Both the position numbers and the translations under genes were made by a program. Under the pieces are notes generated by a model, which saw only the letters and a list, made by a program, of their open reading frames with translations, was not told where the DNA came from and made no database searches. Positions 59,642 to 64,000 of a DNA stretch of 64,000 nucleotides are shown piece after piece (within the stretch, counting starts at the first letter, position 1; the number at the start of each line of letters is the position of its first letter). The DNA is from Alistipes sp. (GTDB lineage: Bacteria; Bacteroidota; Bacteroidia; Bacteroidales; Rikenellaceae), in the NCBI GenBank assembly GCA_045605245.1, contig JAZUPN010000025.1, forward strand, positions 12,734 through 76,733, read 5' to 3'.

Positions 59642-60451
59642 TTATGGGTTATAAATATCCTTATATCTAAATGCGAGAATCTCCTGAATCAGGTCGATAT
59701 AATTCTTCGCTTCGCATTCGGGATCAATCTTCGTGGCGCGCTGGAAATCGTTCAAGGCAGCACCCCACTCATTGTGGCGATAGTGCCATTCGCCACGCTC
59801 GATATATAATTTTGCGTTGTCGGGGTCTGCTTCGATCGCCTGATCAAGATGTTGGCGATATTCGGCTGCCGACCATAAATTATTTTTACGAATATAGCTC
59901 AAAACACCCTCGCAAAGCATCGATTGTGCATCGCCGCCCGTTTGGAGTGTCTTGCGAACCATAGTCGATGAGTAGTTGTGCTGTGGCGCATCTTCGAGGA
60001 TGGTTACTCGATCTACAAATTTGTCGATAGGCTCGCCTTTGCGCGGATATACATATATAGGATAGTTTTCGAGGATATATTCGGGCTCGCGCCACGTGTC
60101 GAGCGTGCGAATCAAATCACCTCCCATAAGGATCGAGAACTGCATCTCGTTGCTGAAATTATCGTGCAGATAACGCAGAGTATTGACCGTATATGAGGGA
60201 CGTTCGAGTACGAACTCTATTGCTGATGCCTTTATATGTTCGGGGAAACGCGATGCCGCGCACGCAATTTCGGCCATTTCGAAACGCTGAAATTCGGCGG
60301 CCAATTCGGGTGCCGATTTGTGCGGATTCTGGGGTGAGACGATAAGGATAACCTCGTCGCACAACTTGCGCTCGACGGCATACTCGGCTATGGCAATATG
60401 TCCTTTATGGATCGGGTTGAACGATCCGAAATAGAGCATTACCTTCTTCAT
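59642..60451 (-). CDS. nadD: Nicotinate-nucleotide adenylyltransferase fused to a C-terminal TPR-like extension
   Basis: GSFNPIHKGH ((H/T)xGH motif) and SSTMVR. I preferred the ATG at 60449-60451 (MKKVMLYF...); the track start at 60460 is GTG. The last approximately 75 aa (AAEYRQHLDQAIEADPDNAKLYIERGEWHYRHNEWGAALNDFQRATKIDPE...) look like TPR. Confidence 0.8.
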   Translation of the reverse strand: MKKVMLYFGSFNPIHKGHIAIAEYAVERKLCDEVILIVSPQNPHKSAPELAAEFQRFEMAEIACAASRFPEHIKASAIEFVLERPSYTVNTLRYLHDNFSNEMQFSILMGGDLIRTLDTWREPEYILENYPIYVYPRKGEPIDKFVDRVTILEDAPQHNYSSTMVRKTLQTGGDAQSMLCEGVLSYIRKNNLWSAAEYRQHLDQAIEADPDNAKLYIERGEWHYRHNEWGAALNDFQRATKIDPECEAKNYIDLIQEILAFRYKDIYNP

Positions 60452-60459
60452 TTCGAGCA

Positions 60460-61020
60460 CTATGCGATAAAGTTCTTGACGATTTCGGCAACTTCGGCAA
60501 CGGCAACTTCGAGATCGTCATTTACCACCTGCTTGTCGAATTGCGGAGCTTTGGTCAACTCGAATGAGGCCTTTGCAATTCGCTTTTCGATCACCTCAGG
60601 AGCGTCTGTCCCGCGACCCTCCAAACGGCGGCGCAACTCCTCGATCGAGGGCGGCATAACGAATATTGACATTGCGTCATTGCCGAAAATCTCTTTTAGG
60701 CGAATACCGCCCATAACATCGACATCGAACAGAATGATGTTGCCCTTGCTCCAAATGCGCTCCATTTCACTGCGCAGTGTGCCGTAGCAGGTGCCTTTAT
60801 AGACCTCTTCCCACTCTACAAATTTATCAGCGGCAACGGCCTCTGCAAACTCTTCGGCCGAAAGGAAGTAGTAATCTACCCCATTCTGCTCCATACCGCG
60901 AGGTGCGCGACTTGTAGCCGAGATTGAGAATTCGAGATTTGTGAATTGTTCAAGCAGACGGCGTACGATAGTTGTTTTGCCCGATCCGCTCGGTGCCGAA
61001 AATATCAAAAGTTTCCCCAT
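60460..61020 (-). CDS. gmk: Guanylate kinase
   Basis: 186 aa with the P-loop SAPSGSGKTT and ATSRAPR. Confidence 0.93.
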   Translation of the reverse strand: MGKLLIFSAPSGSGKTTIVRRLLEQFTNLEFSISATSRAPRGMEQNGVDYYFLSAEEFAEAVAADKFVEWEEVYKGTCYGTLRSEMERIWSKGNIILFDVDVMGGIRLKEIFGNDAMSIFVMPPSIEELRRRLEGRGTDAPEVIEKRIAKASFELTKAPQFDKQVVNDDLEVAVAEVAEIVKNFIA

Positions 61021-61033
61021 TGTTGCTGAATGT

Positions 61034-61915
61034 TTAGAGCAGGTTTAACACTTGTTCCTTAATCTTCTCCAATTCATCTTTCATCTGTACGACAAGACGC
61101 TGCATCTGGCTGTCGTTCGACTTCGAGCCGAGTGTGTTGATCTCACGACCCATCTCCTGCGCGATGAAACCGAGCTTACGGCCGGGAGCCTCCTCGCCTG
61201 CTGCCACTTCGCGGAAATATTTGCAGTGGTTTGTCAGACGTACCTTCTCCTCAGTAACGTCTAACTTCTCGATATAGAAGATCATCTCCTGCTCCAAGCG
61301 ATTCTTATCAACCTCGACCTTCAACTGCTCGATCGATTCGAGAATCTTTGTGCGGATAGCCTCCGTGCGGGCCTTTTCGAAGGGGGTAACAGCCTCTTTG
61401 AGCGACTCGATCTTATCGACACGATGCAGCAGGTCGGTAATCAAAATTGCACCCTCCTGCGTACGGAACGAATCGAGCTGTGCGATAGCACCGCCAACGG
61501 CCTCCATCAGAGCCTTCTGCTCATCTTCGGTAATATCTGCGGTGTCGTTCGATACAACTTCGGGCAGGCGCATAACCGACTGAATCAACGAAGCATTGGT
61601 TTCGGGCGAGAGCTCGATACCGTTCTCCTTGCAGATTTGATTCAGTGCGTTATAGTGTATTTTGAACAGATCGCCGTTGATCTTTACCGAGCCTTCGTCG
61701 ATGGTCGTTTCGACGTTGATATATACATCAACCTTACCTCGTTTAACAGATTGTGAAATCTGGTTGCGAATCTCGTATTCGTAGGGGCGATAGATCGCAG
61801 GGAGCTTAATGCTCAAATCGAGCTGTTTGCTGTTGAGTGATCGAATTTCGACCGTGATTTTCTTGTTTTGAGTAGCGGATTCGGCCTTGCCGTATCCGGT
61901 CATCGATTTTATCAT
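61034..61915 (-). CDS. yicC: YicC-family stress-induced protein
   Basis: Begins MIKSMTGYGKA at the ATG at 61913-61915. The C-terminus has GRKLGFIAQEMGREINTLGSKSN. Confidence 0.8.
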   Translation of the reverse strand: MIKSMTGYGKAESATQNKKITVEIRSLNSKQLDLSIKLPAIYRPYEYEIRNQISQSVKRGKVDVYINVETTIDEGSVKINGDLFKIHYNALNQICKENGIELSPETNASLIQSVMRLPEVVSNDTADITEDEQKALMEAVGGAIAQLDSFRTQEGAILITDLLHRVDKIESLKEAVTPFEKARTEAIRTKILESIEQLKVEVDKNRLEQEMIFYIEKLDVTEEKVRLTNHCKYFREVAAGEEAPGRKLGFIAQEMGREINTLGSKSNDSQMQRLVVQMKDELEKIKEQVLNLL

Positions 61916-62137
61916 AGTTGGTGTTTCTTTTTTTTCTTGTTGGCAAAGGTACATTAAAATTCTCATAAAAGACCGTATTTACCATAAAAAAGTTGATAAT
62001 ATCGTTGGATGTAACGAAATAAATTTCTATATTTGTAAGCCGCACGAGTGAAATGACGTTTGCTTACGGATTGAAAGTGTAACAAAGAAATAACCTAAAA
62101 ATACTAAACGAAACAAACTAAAACTAATAAAAGCATT

Positions 62138-63211
62138 ATGAAAAAGCACAATTTTAACGCGGGACCCTCGATCCTGCCACGCGAGGTAATCGAAAAGGCA
62201 GCAGCGGCTGTTCTCGATTTTGACGGTATGGGACTATCGATTCTTGAAATCTCACACCGAAGCAAAGAGTTTGATGCTGTTATGGATGATGCAGTGGCAT
62301 TGTTCCGTGAGTTGATGAATATCCCTGAAAACTATAAGGTAATCTTCGTCGGTGGCGGTGCTTCGACGCAGTTCTTCCATATCCCCTACAACCTGCTTGA
62401 AACAAAGGCTGGTTATATCAATACGGGTGTTTGGTCGAAGAAGGCTATCAAAGAGGCGAAGAATTTTGGCGAGGTTGCCGTTCTGGCATCGTCGGAGGAT
62501 CGCAATTTTACCTATATCCCCAAGAATGTAGAGATTCCTGCCGATCTGGACTACGTACATATTACAACTAACAATACGATCTACGGTACGGAGTATCATA
62601 CCGATATCGACTGCCCCGTCAATCTTATTGCCGATATGAGCTCGGATATTTTGAGCCGCCCCGTTGATGTTACCAAGTATGCTATGATCTATGGTGGCGC
62701 ACAGAAGAACCTCGGCCCCGCAGGTGCAACCTTCGCAATCATTCGCGAAGATATCGTAGGTAAGGTGTCGCGCGCATTGCCTTCAATGGTTGATTATCGC
62801 AGCCATATAAACAATAATTCGATGTATAACACTCCTCCCGTATTCCCCGTATATGTAATCCGCGAGACTTTGAAGTGGATCAAGAGTATCGGTGGTGTTG
62901 AGGAGATCTATCGTCGCAATAAGGAGAAGGCCGAGCTGCTCTACGCCGAGATCGATCGTAACCCGTTGTTCCGAGGTACAGCCGAGAAGGAGGATCGTTC
63001 GTTGATGAACATCTGCTTCGTTATGAATCCTGAATATGAGGCATTGGCTCCCGAATTTATGGAGTTTGCCAAGGAACGTGGTATGGTCGGCATCAAGGGT
63101 CATCGCTTGGTTGGCGGTTTCCGCGCATCGTGCTACAATGCTCTGCCGAAGGAGAGTGTTGAGGCTCTGGTTGCTACTATGCAGGAGTTTGAGAAACTGC
63201 ACGTAAAATAA
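62138..63211 (+). CDS. serC: Phosphoserine aminotransferase
   Basis: 357 aa starting [10 protein letters not shown]. The PLP-lysine region is [11 protein letters not shown]. Confidence 0.95.
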   Translation: MKKHNFNAGPSILPREVIEKAAAAVLDFDGMGLSILEISHRSKEFDAVMDDAVALFRELMNIPENYKVIFVGGGASTQFFHIPYNLLETKAGYINTGVWSKKAIKEAKNFGEVAVLASSEDRNFTYIPKNVEIPADLDYVHITTNNTIYGTEYHTDIDCPVNLIADMSSDILSRPVDVTKYAMIYGGAQKNLGPAGATFAIIREDIVGKVSRALPSMVDYRSHINNNSMYNTPPVFPVYVIRETLKWIKSIGGVEEIYRRNKEKAELLYAEIDRNPLFRGTAEKEDRSLMNICFVMNPEYEALAPEFMEFAKERGMVGIKGHRLVGGFRASCYNALPKESVEALVATMQEFEKLHVK

Positions 63212-63315
63212 ATTAAAAGGAGGAAGTGCTTATGAGCCACGATTGGTATGTCAATATTGTGAAGCCGCAGCCGCAAGGTGAGGTGCTTCCTGTTACCCAT
63301 TATTATTCATTGAAT

Positions 63316-64000
63316 ATGGCAAAGAAAGTATTGGTGGCGACCGAAAAGCCGTTCGCCAAAAAGGCTGTAGATGGTATTCGCGAGGTTGTCGAGAAGGCCG
63401 GCTACGAACTGAAAATGCTCGAAAAATATACCGATAAGGCTCAACTGCTCGAAGCTGTTGCTGATGTCGATGCGCTGATTATCCGCAGCGATAAGGTTAC
63501 GGCCGAGGTGCTTGTTGCGGCTAAAAATCTGAAAATTGTTGTGCGTGCAGGTGCAGGCTACGACAATGTCGATTTGGAGGCAGCAACCGAGCGTGGCGTG
63601 GTGGTTATGAATACCCCCGGTCAGAATGCAAATGCCGTGGCTGAATTGACGATTGCAATGATGGTATTTATGGCTCGCAACGGCTTCAATCCCGGTACGG
63701 GTATGGAGTTGCGTGGTAAGCGTCTGGGTATCGTGGCTTATGGCGCAATTGGTCGCATCGTGGCTGATGTAGCTGATGGCTTCGGTATGTATGTTCACGT
63801 CTATTCGCGCCCGAATCCCAATAAGGTGCGTCTGTATGCGAAGCATTTGCGTCGCGACGATTCACTCGAACAGATGTTTTCGGAGAGCAATTTCGTGTCG
63901 TTGCATATGCCTGCAACGCCCGAAACAAAGGGTATGATTGGCTACGACCTTATTAAATTAATGCCTGCTGGCGGTGTTCTGGTGAATACTGCTCGCAAAG
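63316..64000 (+). CDS. serA: D-3-phosphoglycerate dehydrogenase / 2-hydroxyacid dehydrogenase (3' end runs off the window)
   Basis: Manual translation gives MAKKVLVATEKPFAKKAVDGIREVVEKAGYEL...VRAGAGYDNVDLEAATERGVVVMNTPG...GIVAYGAIGR. It sits directly downstream of serC. An in-frame upstream ATG at 63232 is an alternative start. It is not in the ORF track because it is open at the window end. Confidence 0.85.
   Translation, partial: MAKKVLVATEKPFAKKAVDGIREVVEKAGYELKMLEKYTDKAQLLEAVADVDALIIRSDKVTAEVLVAAKNLKIVVRAGAGYDNVDLEAATERGVVVMNTPGQNANAVAELTIAMMVFMARNGFNPGTGMELRGKRLGIVAYGAIGRIVADVADGFGMYVHVYSRPNPNKVRLYAKHLRRDDSLEQMFSESNFVSLHMPATPETKGMIGYDLIKLMPAGGVLVNTARK

Noticed and set aside
61967-62137. 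Leader of about 110 nt upstream of serC with a small hairpin (GTAAGC...GCTTAC) after a TATATTTG -7 box, considered as a possible regulatory RNA.
   Set aside because: It is a single short stem with no terminator/antiterminator alternative and no conserved motif I recognise. The evidence is insufficient.

Overview
This 64-kb chromosomal segment looks like a Bacteroidota (Bacteroidales-like) genome. It has TAnnTTTG-type -7 promoter boxes, almost no Shine-Dalgarno sequences, and DUF3109, DUF5106, BACON-like and TPR proteins. I can support about 60 protein-coding genes, one SRP (4.5S) RNA and a set of rho-independent terminators. Most genes are housekeeping: aroK, parC/parE, plsC, fabD, purA, prs, engB, folD, relA/spoT, recA, bcp, dnaA, pgm, uvrA, pyrBI, lepB, truA, lpd, ddl, nadD, gmk and serC/serA. 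I saw no rRNA, tRNA, CRISPR array, integrase or transposase. Two visibly AT-rich patches interrupt the roughly half-GC backbone. (i) 25.7-28.0 kb is a compact four-gene minus-strand cassette between a SAM-methyltransferase gene and folD. It has its own promoter, palindromic operator and terminator. A wHTH-WYL regulator (BrxR/CapW-like architecture) heads it, followed by three small proteins I cannot assign to a named family: a single-pass membrane protein, a 104-aa protein, and a 203-aa protein with a Vsr/DUF559-like nuclease-fold signature. This is my best candidate for an undescribed defence or abortive-infection-type system. (ii) 30.8-33.1 kb is largely non-coding. It holds a truncated SMI1/KNR4 (SUKH) immunity-gene fragment, an XRE-type regulator, and a 650-bp region densely seeded with TTTACAA/TTGTAAA motifs. 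Smaller observations are a G9 tract in a promoter spacer, a recurring 11-mer in intergenic DNA, a NadD-TPR fusion, and a Shine-Dalgarno-preceded in-frame upstream start for serA. All family assignments come from motif recognition by eye; no database search was run.
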